Assembly (NCBI GenBank): GCA_963745835.1
Contig: CAVUZH010000005.1
Span: 153,267-217,266, forward strand
Length of the DNA: 64,000 nucleotides
Reading direction: 5' to 3'
Source: an uncultured delta proteobacterium
Lineage (GTDB): Bacteria > Desulfobacterota > Binatia > UBA9968
In this document: positions 29,868 through 40,458 of the stretch, one piece after another
Position numbering within the stretch: the stretch's first letter is position 1
Layout: the number at the start of each line of letters is the position of its first letter
Position numbers and translations under genes: made by a program
The notes under the pieces: model-generated
What the model was told of the DNA's origin: nothing
Seen by the model: only the letters and a program-made list of their open reading frames with translations
Databases searched by the model: none

Positions 29868-32195
29868 ATGGCGAATTTCGCAGTCGTAGGCCAATCAGTA
29901 TTCCGCAAAGATGCAAGTCAAAAGGTGACCGGGCAAGTATTGCATGTCGGCAACATCGAAATGCCGGGCATGCTGCATGTGGCGGTTTTGCGCAGTCCGT
30001 ATGCGCATGCGCGCATCACGCGCATCGACAAAACCAAAGCCGAGGCAGTCAAAGGCGTGGCCGTCGTTCTGACCGGCGCCGATGTCGCCAGGATGCCGGG
30101 TGTCGATCCGCATTTTGGCCCGGCTTTTCGGGATCAACCGATTCTCGCGGTCGAAAAGGTTTGTTACATCGGCGATCCGGTTGTGGCGGTTGCGGCGCAG
30201 GACCGGCGCACCGCGGAAGACGCCCTGGAGCTGGTCGAGGTCGAATATGAGCCGCTTCCGGCCGTGCTGGATGTTCTAGAGGCGGTTAAAGCCGGCTCAC
30301 CGCTGGTGCACGAGCAGCACCGACCGGCGAAGGCTTTTGCCGATCTCGCCCATGTAAAATCCGGCAAGCAATCGAACATCTGCTATCACTTCAAATTAAG
30401 AACCGGAGATGTCGAAAAAGCCTTTGCCGAAGCGGACCGGGTATTTGAAGATACTTTTAGCTCGCCGCCGGCGCAGCACATGCCGATGGAGCCGCACGTC
30501 ACGCTTGTTTATTTAGACGAGGGGCAGCGCATCAATATCTGGACCGCCAGCCAGACGCCGTCGTATGTGCGCACTGAAATCTCCACTACATTCGGCGTTC
30601 CGATGAATCGGATTCGCGTGCGAATCCCCTACCTCGGCGGCGGTTACGGCGCCAAGCTTTACGCTAAATTGGAGCCGCTGGTCACCGCACTGGCGCTCGT
30701 CACCAAGAAGCCGGTTCGTTACGCTTTGACCCGGGAAGAAGAATTTCTGACGATCACCAAGCACAAAGTGATCACCAAAATTAAGAGCGCCATCAAAGAC
30801 GGTGTGATCACGGCGCGCAAATGCGAAGTCTTCTGGGACACCGGCGCATACGCCGAGATCGGCCCGCGGGTCGTGCACAAATCGGGCTATACCTCGGCCG
30901 GGCCCTACCGGATTCCCAACGTCTGGATCGATTCGTATTGCGTGTACACCAATCACGTGCCCGCCGGCGCGTTTCGCGGTTTTGGCGTGCCGCAGGTGAT
31001 TTGGGCTTACGATTCGCAAACCGACATGATCGCGCGCGCCATCGGCGCCGATCCGGTGGAGTTTCGCCTGCAACAAGCGTTGAATGAAGGCGAGGCCTTC
31101 GCCACTGGAACGCCGGTGAAATCCTTTGGCATCAAGCAGGCAGTGCGCGAAGCGGCCAACGCCATCGAATGGTCCAAACCCAAACTCAAACAATCCGGCG
31201 TCAAGCTGCGCGGTAAAGGCATCGCCGCCGGCGTCAAAGCTGTGCTCACACCTTCGATCTCCGGCGCCATCGTCATTATGAACGCCGACGGCACAGTAAA
31301 CGTGCTCAGCAGCACCGTGGAGATGGGGCAGGGCTCGGAGACGATGATGGGCCAGATTGTCGCCGAAGAGCTTGGTGTTTCATTCGACCAGGTGCATGTC
31401 GTGCAACCCGATACCGATATCACTCCGTACGATACCATCACTGCGGGCAGTCGCTCGACTTACCATATGGGTAATGCCGTTCGCATGGCTGCCGGCAAGG
31501 TCAAAGCCGAACTGTTTCAAGTCGTCTCGAAAAAATTGGAAGTGAATGCCGACGACCTGGCGGCCGGTGGCGGGCGCATCTTCGTGCGCGGCACGGAGGA
31601 GCGGGGCATGACGATCAGCGAGGCGTTTCTCGCCAAGTTCGGCAGCCTGGGCACGACACTCACCGGCGAGGCGATCTGCCAACCCGAGGCGATTCCCATG
31701 GACCCGGAAACCGGGCAGTCGGAGAAATGCACCGAGTACTGGTTTCCCTCGGCGACCTCGGCTGAGGTCGAGGTCGATACCGAGACCGGCCGCGTCAAAA
31801 TTCTTCAATTCTTTAGCGTCGGCGATACCGGCACTGCGATCAATCCGAAGCACTGCGAGCAGCAACTGCTCGGCTCGGCGATCACCCACTTGGGCTTGAC
31901 ACTTTTCGAAGAGATGATTTTCGACGAAGGACAGCTGGTGAACGGTTCTTTGCTCGATTACCAGGTCGCTTCTTTCAAGGACCTGCCGGAATCTTTTCAG
32001 CCGATTATCGTCGAGGTGCCGCACGAAACCGGTCCGTTCGGCGCCAAAGGCGTCGGCGAAACCGGCACCTTGACGGTCTCGTCGGCTGTCGCCAACGCCA
32101 TTGAGGATGCGGTCGGCGTTCGCATTCGCGATCTGCCGATCACGCCGGAAAAAGTTTTGCGCGCGCTTTCTCAGCGGCAAGCCAATCGAGGGTAG
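29868..32195 (+). CDS. Xanthine dehydrogenase family molybdopterin-binding (large) subunit
   Basis: RSPYAHA, GGGYGAK, AFRGFG, EMGQG, GAKGVGE. Confidence 0.92.
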   Translation: MANFAVVGQSVFRKDASQKVTGQVLHVGNIEMPGMLHVAVLRSPYAHARITRIDKTKAEAVKGVAVVLTGADVARMPGVDPHFGPAFRDQPILAVEKVCYIGDPVVAVAAQDRRTAEDALELVEVEYEPLPAVLDVLEAVKAGSPLVHEQHRPAKAFADLAHVKSGKQSNICYHFKLRTGDVEKAFAEADRVFEDTFSSPPAQHMPMEPHVTLVYLDEGQRINIWTASQTPSYVRTEISTTFGVPMNRIRVRIPYLGGGYGAKLYAKLEPLVTALALVTKKPVRYALTREEEFLTITKHKVITKIKSAIKDGVITARKCEVFWDTGAYAEIGPRVVHKSGYTSAGPYRIPNVWIDSYCVYTNHVPAGAFRGFGVPQVIWAYDSQTDMIARAIGADPVEFRLQQALNEGEAFATGTPVKSFGIKQAVREAANAIEWSKPKLKQSGVKLRGKGIAAGVKAVLTPSISGAIVIMNADGTVNVLSSTVEMGQGSETMMGQIVAEELGVSFDQVHVVQPDTDITPYDTITAGSRSTYHMGNAVRMAAGKVKAELFQVVSKKLEVNADDLAAGGGRIFVRGTEERGMTISEAFLAKFGSLGTTLTGEAICQPEAIPMDPETGQSEKCTEYWFPSATSAEVEVDTETGRVKILQFFSVGDTGTAINPKHCEQQLLGSAITHLGLTLFEEMIFDEGQLVNGSLLDYQVASFKDLPESFQPIIVEVPHETGPFGAKGVGETGTLTVSSAVANAIEDAVGVRIRDLPITPEKVLRALSQRQANRG

Positions 32196-32200
32196 ATCGA

Positions 32201-32686
32201 ATGACACGCGAAATTAGTCTCCGCCTCAACGGCCGCGAGGAAAAGTTTACCATCGACGACGCCGATACTTTGCTCGAGGTGCTGCGCGATCGCTTCAAAT
32301 TGTGGAGCGTGCGGGAAGGCTGCGGCGTTGGCGCTTGCGGCACCTGCACCGTGTTGCTCGACGGTAAACCGGTCAGTTCGTGCTTCCTGTTGGCGGCGCG
32401 CGCCGCGGACCATGAGATCGTCACCCTCGAAGGCCTCGGCGACGGCGGGACACTCCATTACATCCAAGAGGCATTCGTCAGCCAGAGAGCTTTACAGTGC
32501 GCCTACTGCACTCCCGGTTTCGTTCTTTCGGTCAAAGCGATGCTCGATGAGATTGCCAATCCTTCGGATGACGATATTCGCGAATACCTGTCGGGTAACC
32601 TGTGCCGCTGCGCCGGCTACGCCGATATCCTACGGGCCGTCCGCGTCGCGCAAGACAAAAAAAAGAGCCTCAGCACTAGCCCTTGA
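32201..32686 (+). CDS. Xanthine dehydrogenase family [2Fe-2S] (small) subunit
   Basis: GCGVGACGTC, QCAYCTPG, NLCRC. Confidence 0.92.
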   Translation: MTREISLRLNGREEKFTIDDADTLLEVLRDRFKLWSVREGCGVGACGTCTVLLDGKPVSSCFLLAARAADHEIVTLEGLGDGGTLHYIQEAFVSQRALQCAYCTPGFVLSVKAMLDEIANPSDDDIREYLSGNLCRCAGYADILRAVRVAQDKKKSLSTSP

Positions 32687-32904
32687 TCTGCTACGAGACT
32701 GTTTCCGGCAGATTCGCCTAAATAATATGTACACTGCTGCGGCGACAAATTTGTCCCCATTTGTTGTAATTTGTCCATTTCAGACCGGAGACGGTTAAAA
32801 GCCGTCGCGCAACTCGCCGATCTTATGTAACAAACTGAATGGATGATACAAAACAAGCCGTTATAGAACATGGCATATAATGTGCACCCATAAGGAAAGA
32901 GCTT

Positions 32905-34797
32905 ATGGAGATTGCACAAACGATCAAATCCGCTGCGTTCTTGCCCAACCTTCATAATCTCGACCAATTGTTCGAAACCCCGCAGAAGAAGACTGTCGTT
33001 CAACTGCGCTGGCCGCTGGTCATTCTCTCTTGCTACCTTCTACTCTATTCGCCGGGCGATTGGCTTTACGGATCGCAAATTCAGGCGATTGTAGTCTTCT
33101 ATCTACTCACCAATGTGACGCTATATTTCGTTGCTGAGGAATACTTCAACTGGCCGCGGTTTTATGGCCCGCTGCTGCTATTCGATACTTTCTTCCTTGC
33201 GCTTACGCTGGGACTGAGTGGCGGAACCACCCCTGACCTGGTCGTCGCTTGCCTTGTCACCTTAATACTCAGTTGCGTTTGCAACGACCCGCGCGGTTTA
33301 TTACTCATCACGTTTTTGGCTCCTGTGGTTTACGGATACGTTGTGCTTGGCGGGTCGATGACCGACGATCCCAGTATTTATTTGCGTTTGCCGATGCCGC
33401 TGGTGATCTCGATCTTTTACGGTTACTTCGCCCAGGTAGAGCGGCAGAAACAGGTTGCCATCGACAAAGAGCAACGAGCCGAGAAAGAGCGTAAGACCGC
33501 CGAAGAACTCCGAATACAGGGCGCGCGCCTCGAGGTACTTCATCAAACCAATCCGGCGCTCATCCGCGATGTAGGATTAGGCAAGATTCTCGATGAAGCT
33601 TTACAAACGGCACTGAGTCGTTTGCCCTATGCGGCGGCCGTGGTCACGCTGCGAAATCCTGAAACGGGCATACTCCGAACAGCGGCCAGCAAAGGTTTTC
33701 TCCATCGAAAATCAGATGCGCTGGTCAATTCATTCTCATCTGTCGACGCGGTTATAAAAAAAGAGACCACGCTAGCTATAAGAAATATCTATGAAGACCC
33801 GCGCGTTCAGGATGCCGGCCCTTTAAGCGATGAGCGCGTGGTTGCGTTTCTCGGGACGCCGCTGCGCGCCAAAGGCGGGGTTTTCGGCAGCTTAGCGTTT
33901 TTCACACGCTGGCAGTACGATTTCACCACGGAGGAACGGGAGTTTGCTGCGACATTAGCGGGCCACTTGGCAATGGCCATCGAGCAGACTCGCTTGCACG
34001 AGCAAATCGAGCGCCAGGCCAACGAATTACGCGATGCCAATAAACTTAAGGACGAATTCTTGGGCGTTGCTTCGCATCAGTTGAAAAGCCCGCTCAACAT
34101 TCTGGCGAGAAATACCAACATGTTGATCGAAAGGACGCTTGGCGATATCAGTCCGATTCAGGAGAAATCTCTCGAAATGATGATGCGTCAGTGTAAAGAA
34201 CTTCATGCGGTAATAACCAGCATGTTGCAGGTCAACTTCATCGAATCGAATCTGGTCGAGCCGGAGCTGCACGAAACCAACTTGTGGGAGTTTCTTTACG
34301 ACCTGAGATTGTCCTATGATTCTCAGTTGACAAAAGACATCAAATTGATCTGGGAGTTTTCTCCCGACTTGCCGCTACTCGAGGCCGATCGCGGCAAGTT
34401 AAAGCTGATTCTGCAACACGTCATCGACAACGCCGTCAAATTCACCGAGCATGGCTATGTCAGGGTTTCAGCGCACTACCTGACCCACCGAAAGGTGATG
34501 GAATTCGAAGTCTCGGATACCGGTATCGGGATTCCCGCCGACGAGCTGCCCATGATCTTTGAAAAATTCAGCCGACTCGAGAGTTCAGAATCCGAAAAAT
34601 ACAGCGGCGCTGGTTTGGGGCTCTATATCGTCAAGCGGATCGTGCACCTGCTCGATGGGAACATTGACGTGCAAAGTAAAGTAGGGCAGGGATCGACAGT
34701 GACTATTCGCATTCCGGCGCGGCGACGAAAGATGCCGCCGATGCACGAGCAATTGGCTTTTGCGATGGAAGAAGGTTCCGGAAGCGGACTGGTCTGA
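32905..34797 (+). CDS. Membrane GAF-domain sensor histidine kinase
   Basis: N-terminal TM block, GAF, SHQLKSPLN H-box, NAVKFT, DTGIG, GAGLGL. Confidence 0.88.
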   Translation: MEIAQTIKSAAFLPNLHNLDQLFETPQKKTVVQLRWPLVILSCYLLLYSPGDWLYGSQIQAIVVFYLLTNVTLYFVAEEYFNWPRFYGPLLLFDTFFLALTLGLSGGTTPDLVVACLVTLILSCVCNDPRGLLLITFLAPVVYGYVVLGGSMTDDPSIYLRLPMPLVISIFYGYFAQVERQKQVAIDKEQRAEKERKTAEELRIQGARLEVLHQTNPALIRDVGLGKILDEALQTALSRLPYAAAVVTLRNPETGILRTAASKGFLHRKSDALVNSFSSVDAVIKKETTLAIRNIYEDPRVQDAGPLSDERVVAFLGTPLRAKGGVFGSLAFFTRWQYDFTTEEREFAATLAGHLAMAIEQTRLHEQIERQANELRDANKLKDEFLGVASHQLKSPLNILARNTNMLIERTLGDISPIQEKSLEMMMRQCKELHAVITSMLQVNFIESNLVEPELHETNLWEFLYDLRLSYDSQLTKDIKLIWEFSPDLPLLEADRGKLKLILQHVIDNAVKFTEHGYVRVSAHYLTHRKVMEFEVSDTGIGIPADELPMIFEKFSRLESSESEKYSGAGLGLYIVKRIVHLLDGNIDVQSKVGQGSTVTIRIPARRRKMPPMHEQLAFAMEEGSGSGLV

Positions 34798-34824
34798 GTC
34801 GGTGTCAATGCGGAAGGCGAGCGC

Positions 34825-35652
34825 TTACTGAGGAACGTCCGAGAGCGCGCGGTTTTCGCGCCGCAAATACATCCTCACCCAAATGTCATACAAGTTGTCC
34901 GGTCGAAAAACTTCGATCTCTCGTTTTCCCTGTGCGGTTTCAATTACCACGCAAATCGAAATGTCACGCCATGAAATCGCCAGCAACCGCTGATTTCGCT
35001 GGTAAGCCAAAGAGCCGATGGTCCTGAGCAGCTGCGATAAGCTGTGCCCATTGGCAAAACCACTCCTCGGATCGCGGTGAATTCTCGCGGCCAAGTCCAT
35101 GCGCGCAAGATCGTCTAGAGAGTATTCGAATCGCGCATGGCCGCCCGGCTGGCGGCTCTGATAGCCGTCGGGCGCCTGATGCCTTAGACCCCACCAGTTC
35201 TCGAGTCGATTGCTAAAGTTGAAAAGCGATCGGTTCGGCCATGTCACGGTACTGGCGCGGGTCCAAACTGCGTACCGATCTCCGCGACATTGCAGGTTGA
35301 AACTATCGATCCCCTCCTGTTGCAGGTGCTGGCCGATGGCGCGCAGGTGACGGCTATAGGTTTCCGGGGGAATGATGCGGTTGTTGGTCCCCGGGCCGAG
35401 GCTTGACGGGTCGTCGCGCGAGTCCGACCGCCGGTCGTCTGGAAAACTATTCGCAAGCTTTAGCCGGCGTCGTCCCAATTTGGCTGTGGCTCGTCGGAAA
35501 CCATTCATGACAGTATGAATGGGAAGTCGATAGCTGCAGTTCAAGCAGAAACTAATGACGCCGACTTCTTTGTCGCTGGCAGGCATTTTCGTGACGGAAA
35601 ATCCTAAGAAGAAGCGACAGTTGGGACAGATCCGCGCGCGGTATTTAGCCAT
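34825..35652 (-). CDS. Hypothetical protein with N-terminal CxxC...CxxC
   Basis: 275-aa ORF; CPNC and CLNC; repeated LRAIG/LRTIG motif. Confidence 0.65.
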   Translation of the reverse strand: MAKYRARICPNCRFFLGFSVTKMPASDKEVGVISFCLNCSYRLPIHTVMNGFRRATAKLGRRRLKLANSFPDDRRSDSRDDPSSLGPGTNNRIIPPETYSRHLRAIGQHLQQEGIDSFNLQCRGDRYAVWTRASTVTWPNRSLFNFSNRLENWWGLRHQAPDGYQSRQPGGHARFEYSLDDLARMDLAARIHRDPRSGFANGHSLSQLLRTIGSLAYQRNQRLLAISWRDISICVVIETAQGKREIEVFRPDNLYDIWVRMYLRRENRALSDVPQ

Positions 35653-35911
35653 AGTCGACGTCCATTGGCCGCTTCATTATTCCTAACCAGTCGCGATGTC
35701 AAGGACGCATGCGGCTAATCGCGAGCCGGCGCCGAATTGAACATTTTCCCCGCATAGAACTGCCGTCGAAGGTAGTTGGTTTCTTCTTTTGACGATCTGT
35801 TAAAATTATGAACAGGTGCAAAATCTAGATTGCCGCAGCCGAAGCCCGTCTATTTTCGCCGGCTAGTTATCTGTGTTAAAAAACGACTCAAGAAATAAAA
35901 AGTTGGAGGCC

Positions 35912-36997
35912 ATGATGGCAGAAAATATTAGCGTGTTTGATTGTGACGGTCACATCATCGAGTCGATTCCGGAAATGGTGCCATTTCTTGATCCGATAGA
36001 TCGCGACATCGCCTTGAAACCGACGCGCAACCGGCAGGGAGTATTCGCCGGTCTGGACGCGATTCACTATCCGCGCAACATCCAAAAGAGCGGCGAGGTT
36101 GAAGAGCCGCGGCGGCGGCGCATCGATGCCAGCGATCATCGCAAAGGCTCAGGCGAGGATTGGGTAGAGTTTCTCAACAAAGCCGGTGTTACCGAGTCGG
36201 TATTGTTTCCTTCCGAAGGCCTTTCGGTGGGATTTTTTCAACAAACGGACTATGCCGTGCGAATCTGCCGCGCCTTCAACGATTATGTTTCGGAACGCTA
36301 TCGAAAAGTCGATCCGCGGCTCTATCCGATGGGCTTGATCGCGATGCAGGATGTCAAACAAGCAGTGAAAGAGTTGCGTCGTTTAGTGCTTGACCTGAAG
36401 CTTCCCGGAGCGATGTTGCCGTCGCGCGGCTTGCCGCTTCATCTCGGTCACGATTACTATTGGCCGGTGTACGAGGAGGCGGCTAATCTTGGTTGTGCCC
36501 TGGGCATTCATGGCGGCTCGAGCCTTGGGCTGGGCGCCGACAGCTTTACCGATGCCTGGGCTGCGCGGACGTTGCGCCATCCGGTGCCGCTAGCGCTGGA
36601 GTTTGTTTCTCTGGTTTATCACGGCGTCTTCGATCGCTATCGCGATCTGCGCGTCGGCTTTTTCGAAGGTGGCTGCGCCTGGATTCTTCTTCTTAAAGAC
36701 CGGATGGACCGGGACGAGAGCATTTACACGACCAGCACCGGCAAACAGCGCAGCCTCAACGATTACCTTTCGAGCGGTCAAATCCTGATCGGTTGCGAAG
36801 GCAACGAGTCGATCTTGCCCTATGTCATCCAGCAGGTGGGTTACCAATGTTTTTCGTATGCGTCGGATTATCCTCATGAAGTCGATTTGGTTGCAGCCAA
36901 GCAGATGATTCACGAAACCGTGGAACGCACCGATCTGACCTACGCGCAAAAGGCCGGCGTGTTGGGGGAGAATGCCAAACAATTTTTCCGGCTCTAA
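35912..36997 (+). CDS. Amidohydrolase_2 family protein
   Basis: FDCDGH, FFEGGCAW, YASDYPHE. Confidence 0.88.
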   Translation: MMAENISVFDCDGHIIESIPEMVPFLDPIDRDIALKPTRNRQGVFAGLDAIHYPRNIQKSGEVEEPRRRRIDASDHRKGSGEDWVEFLNKAGVTESVLFPSEGLSVGFFQQTDYAVRICRAFNDYVSERYRKVDPRLYPMGLIAMQDVKQAVKELRRLVLDLKLPGAMLPSRGLPLHLGHDYYWPVYEEAANLGCALGIHGGSSLGLGADSFTDAWAARTLRHPVPLALEFVSLVYHGVFDRYRDLRVGFFEGGCAWILLLKDRMDRDESIYTTSTGKQRSLNDYLSSGQILIGCEGNESILPYVIQQVGYQCFSYASDYPHEVDLVAAKQMIHETVERTDLTYAQKAGVLGENAKQFFRL

Positions 36998-37327
36998 AAA
37001 ATCTGAGTTCAAGCCGTCTAAATCAAAAGCGGCGAATTATATCTCCAGCTTTTATGGCCGCGCTGGAATTTCTCTCATTCGAACAGAATCAACTTCGTCA
37101 TGTTTGCCGAGGGCACCGCATGGCTGAACGGCCCCTTAGAAGAGGGGGAGACAAAAAGAGGGTGACTGAATTGCCAACGGATGCGGTAAGACGATGAAAG
37201 AGGAAGAAGAGAGCTTCGTTGCGTAGCCTTACTTGTGCATGAAAGCCCTGAATTTAACCCGTTGAAGGTCTTGAACGCCTGGAACGGTTTGAACGGCTTG
37301 AACCAGTTGACGGGTTGAACCTTTTTC

Positions 37328-38815
37328 TCAATCGTTCACCGATGCGGGGAAGATCAGCGATTTGATCACCACCGGCACCGATCCTGACGTGGGAATCAGA
37401 GCGCCGATATCGATGTAATCGAAATCGCTCAGCGAAATACCGTCGATCGATATGATCGGATTTTCAATCCGCAACTCCTCCTGAAAGTGCAGCCCGACGA
37501 TGCCGCCGATATCGCCGTCATTGATTAACGTCAACGGATGGCGCTTGGCCAAGATCTCTTGAAGTCCCTCGGCGACGCCGCCGCAAAAAGATTTTAGCCG
37601 GGCGAAAGTCGCTGAGCCGCGCCATTGGAACGATAACGCCACCGGTTGTTTGCCGCTGAGCAGGTCCAATCTGCGCAGCGCATTTTGTACCGCCAGGACG
37701 ATGGCTTTCTGATCGATGTCTTCGCCGTCGAAATCGAATTCAGGCGCAACCACCGGGATATTGCGAACTGGCACGGCATCTTCCGGTGAAATGAAAATCG
37801 TATTGCCGCTGACCTGGATCGTATACTGGGAGGCGCCGATTACGGTGGCGCGAATCCGCGCGGCTGGTTCCATGACGAGCAGGCCCAATTCAGGCATGCG
37901 CCGGTGAATCTCTTCGGCGATCAACGGCCCGAGATCGCCGAAGCTGGTTTTTTCGCGATTGTAGATAAATTCCGAAACGCCGCCTGAAAACATCAGCGAA
38001 TCGATTTCGCCGCGGTAACTAAGCGGCGGCAGCCGCAGGAGGCCTTTGGTATCTTCGGAGAGGGGCCCGGGCTTGAGTAGGGTGAAGAGCTTTTCAATCA
38101 TACCCGAGACCATCAGCCGCAGATTATCCTGGGAGATCTTTTGACCGAGCTCCACTTCGATCCCGGCCCAGCGCGCATGCTTACGACCGGCTTCCTCTAT
38201 GCGCACTACGGCGCTGTCCTGATCGAAGGCGAGCAGGCGCGCGCCGACATCGATGGCCGTGACTTCCTGGACCTTGCCGTTGTTGCATAAGGCGAATTTG
38301 CTGGTGCCGCCGCCGACGTCGATATTGAGGACCACGCCGCCGGTCTTGGCCGAATGCGCCACAGCTCCGGAGCCGTGTCCGGCCATGGTGGCCTCCAGGC
38401 CATCTCCGGCGCTCACGGCGACGAACTTGCCGGCTTCCTTGGCGAACAGCTCGGCAATCGCGCGCGCGTTGCGACGCCTGACCGCCACCCCGGTTAAAAT
38501 CAGCGCGCCGGTGTCGACATCGTCGCGCTTGATGCCGGCCTGCTTGTATTGCCGGTTGATGAAGGCCTCCAGCGCTTCGACGTCGATCCTGGTCTCATCG
38601 ACATAGGGGGTCAGAAGAATTTCCGATTCCTTTAAAACCTCGCGGCCGGTCACGCGATAGCGCGTCCCTTCGAGGTGGAGCTCGAGCCGGGAAAAAACCA
38701 GATGCGTGGTCGAGGAGCCGATGTCCACACCGACGCTGGTGAGTCGCAGCTCTTCTTCCTCTTGCATGTGGCGGTTGGCGTTGGAGAACGAGGCTTTAGA
38801 AGGGGTGCTGTCCAT
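37328..38815 (-). CDS. EutA-like (ethanolamine ammonia-lyase reactivase family) ASKHA ATPase
   Basis: SVGVDIGSSTT, DTGALILTG, AGKFVAVSAG, NIDVGGGT, IRATVIGA, VPVVIKSL. Confidence 0.85.
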   Translation of the reverse strand: MDSTPSKASFSNANRHMQEEEELRLTSVGVDIGSSTTHLVFSRLELHLEGTRYRVTGREVLKESEILLTPYVDETRIDVEALEAFINRQYKQAGIKRDDVDTGALILTGVAVRRRNARAIAELFAKEAGKFVAVSAGDGLEATMAGHGSGAVAHSAKTGGVVLNIDVGGGTSKFALCNNGKVQEVTAIDVGARLLAFDQDSAVVRIEEAGRKHARWAGIEVELGQKISQDNLRLMVSGMIEKLFTLLKPGPLSEDTKGLLRLPPLSYRGEIDSLMFSGGVSEFIYNREKTSFGDLGPLIAEEIHRRMPELGLLVMEPAARIRATVIGASQYTIQVSGNTIFISPEDAVPVRNIPVVAPEFDFDGEDIDQKAIVLAVQNALRRLDLLSGKQPVALSFQWRGSATFARLKSFCGGVAEGLQEILAKRHPLTLINDGDIGGIVGLHFQEELRIENPIISIDGISLSDFDYIDIGALIPTSGSVPVVIKSLIFPASVND

Positions 38816-38905
38816 TAGGTATCCTGGGGCGGAATGAGTTGAAAGCTGTGGATGGAGCTTCGCGCTCTGTGCAGCCCGAAACTCCACCATCTGGATTGAA
38901 TAAGT

Positions 38906-40102
38906 CTAGTACGATCGTTCGTAGAGCTCGGGCTCCATGCGCGATTTTGCGCCGACCGCAGCCAACGTCTCTTCGAACTCTTTACGGAGGAAAGGATCTT
39001 CTTCATTGTAAGGAATCGCCGTGCCGCCGTCTTTCATATCGATGGCGCCATAGTCGATTGCCTTCTCTCCGGGTCGGCCGCGCTCGCGTCCGGGAGCATT
39101 GGGCCCGAACCAGGCGGTGAGGCGCAACGGCTCCTTGCTGGCGCCGAAGTGCGCATGGAACCAATTGCCGCTCATTGGCGCGGCGCTGACCATGCCGACC
39201 GGCTCGTAATCCTGTCGCCTGATCAATTCCGTTTTGCCGGCCTCCCATGGCCGTGTCCCCAACGTTGCCGGCCAGGTGTACGTGTAGCCTTTGCCGCCCA
39301 AGCAAATCAGCACCGCGGCCGAGCCGTGAGCGTGGGCCTTGGAGTAACGGCCGGTTTCATGCTGTCCGATCCAATAATAGAACTGTTGTCCCACCATGTG
39401 CGGCTCGATGCGCCGGTAACCGGGCGAGCGGCGATTGTCGAGAGGCAGCTCGCAGGCAATAACGTCGGGTATGATGTTGGTTTGACGCATCGCCAGACCG
39501 CGCACCGGATCGGGAGTGATGTCTTCTTTGTATTTGTAATAGTCGTCGCTTGGATCGAAGCGATCTTTGAACTCATACGGGCAGTTGAAAATAAAATCTT
39601 CGTTATCGAAGTTGTTCATGATGTTGGGCGCCGTGTTGCCGGCCAGAAGCAACGCGGGACTCGAAGTGGCGTTGATGATCCGGTGATTGGCGTTCATCGG
39701 AATCGCAAATAGCGATCCTTTCTGCCATTCGAATGTCAGCTTCTTGCCGTTGCCCTCAGCCCAGACTTCCGTCGTGCCGCGGCCTTCGACCACCAGGAAC
39801 TGCTCTTCGTAGAGATGCTTCTGCGGATTGAGCGCGCCGGCGCCGGGGACTTCGACGACAAAGCAGCCCCACAATCCCTCGGTGCCGAGCAACTGGATGA
39901 AGGTGCCGCTGCCGCCCATGCGCTTCCATGGCTTGCGCGGTAGGTCCTGGACCCGCCGGACGCCGATATCGCGGTAAATGGGAATGCCCTGAGCTTCCAT
40001 GTAATTGTCATAGGGAGTATTCGGGCGGAGAAACTTGCCGAGACCGGCTCTGGTCTTGTTATCAGTGGGCTCCTGCCACTTTGATTCGGGTGCGTGATCC
40101 AT
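38906..40102 (-). CDS. Bicupin domain protein
   Basis: QKHLYEE..VVEGRG, YSKAHAHG, WFHAHF cupin motifs. Confidence 0.8.
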   Translation of the reverse strand: MDHAPESKWQEPTDNKTRAGLGKFLRPNTPYDNYMEAQGIPIYRDIGVRRVQDLPRKPWKRMGGSGTFIQLLGTEGLWGCFVVEVPGAGALNPQKHLYEEQFLVVEGRGTTEVWAEGNGKKLTFEWQKGSLFAIPMNANHRIINATSSPALLLAGNTAPNIMNNFDNEDFIFNCPYEFKDRFDPSDDYYKYKEDITPDPVRGLAMRQTNIIPDVIACELPLDNRRSPGYRRIEPHMVGQQFYYWIGQHETGRYSKAHAHGSAAVLICLGGKGYTYTWPATLGTRPWEAGKTELIRRQDYEPVGMVSAAPMSGNWFHAHFGASKEPLRLTAWFGPNAPGRERGRPGEKAIDYGAIDMKDGGTAIPYNEEDPFLRKEFEETLAAVGAKSRMEPELYERSY

Positions 40103-40458
40103 AACTCCTCCTTGTAATTCCTGCTGATCGGGGCCTCCACTGTTACTATGAGACGCGCCAATTCACCGGGTTAAAATAACTTATAATCTGCCGAAATCGG
40201 AGTCAAACGGAGAGCCGTTCAAGCGCATCGGAGAAGATGAAAGCGGAGGAGAAAAGACGTATTCGCAGTGGCAAAGACCTGTTGGTGATCGGAACAAAGG
40301 CAAAGCTTAAATGTCTGAGACGGATTTGAGCAACCGGAGGCAACTGTAATGATTGAGGAAGGAAGACCGGCGGTTCGCTTAGGTGATCTTGCGCATCGCG
40401 AAAATAATTATAATAGTTGCCGGACTGAGTTCCCTTTGCGAAAGGCTTAAGCTTCTTC

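Noticed and set aside
29868-32195. Aerobic CO dehydrogenase CoxL
   Set aside because: Active-site loop is AFRGFG, not AYxCSFR or AYxGAGR
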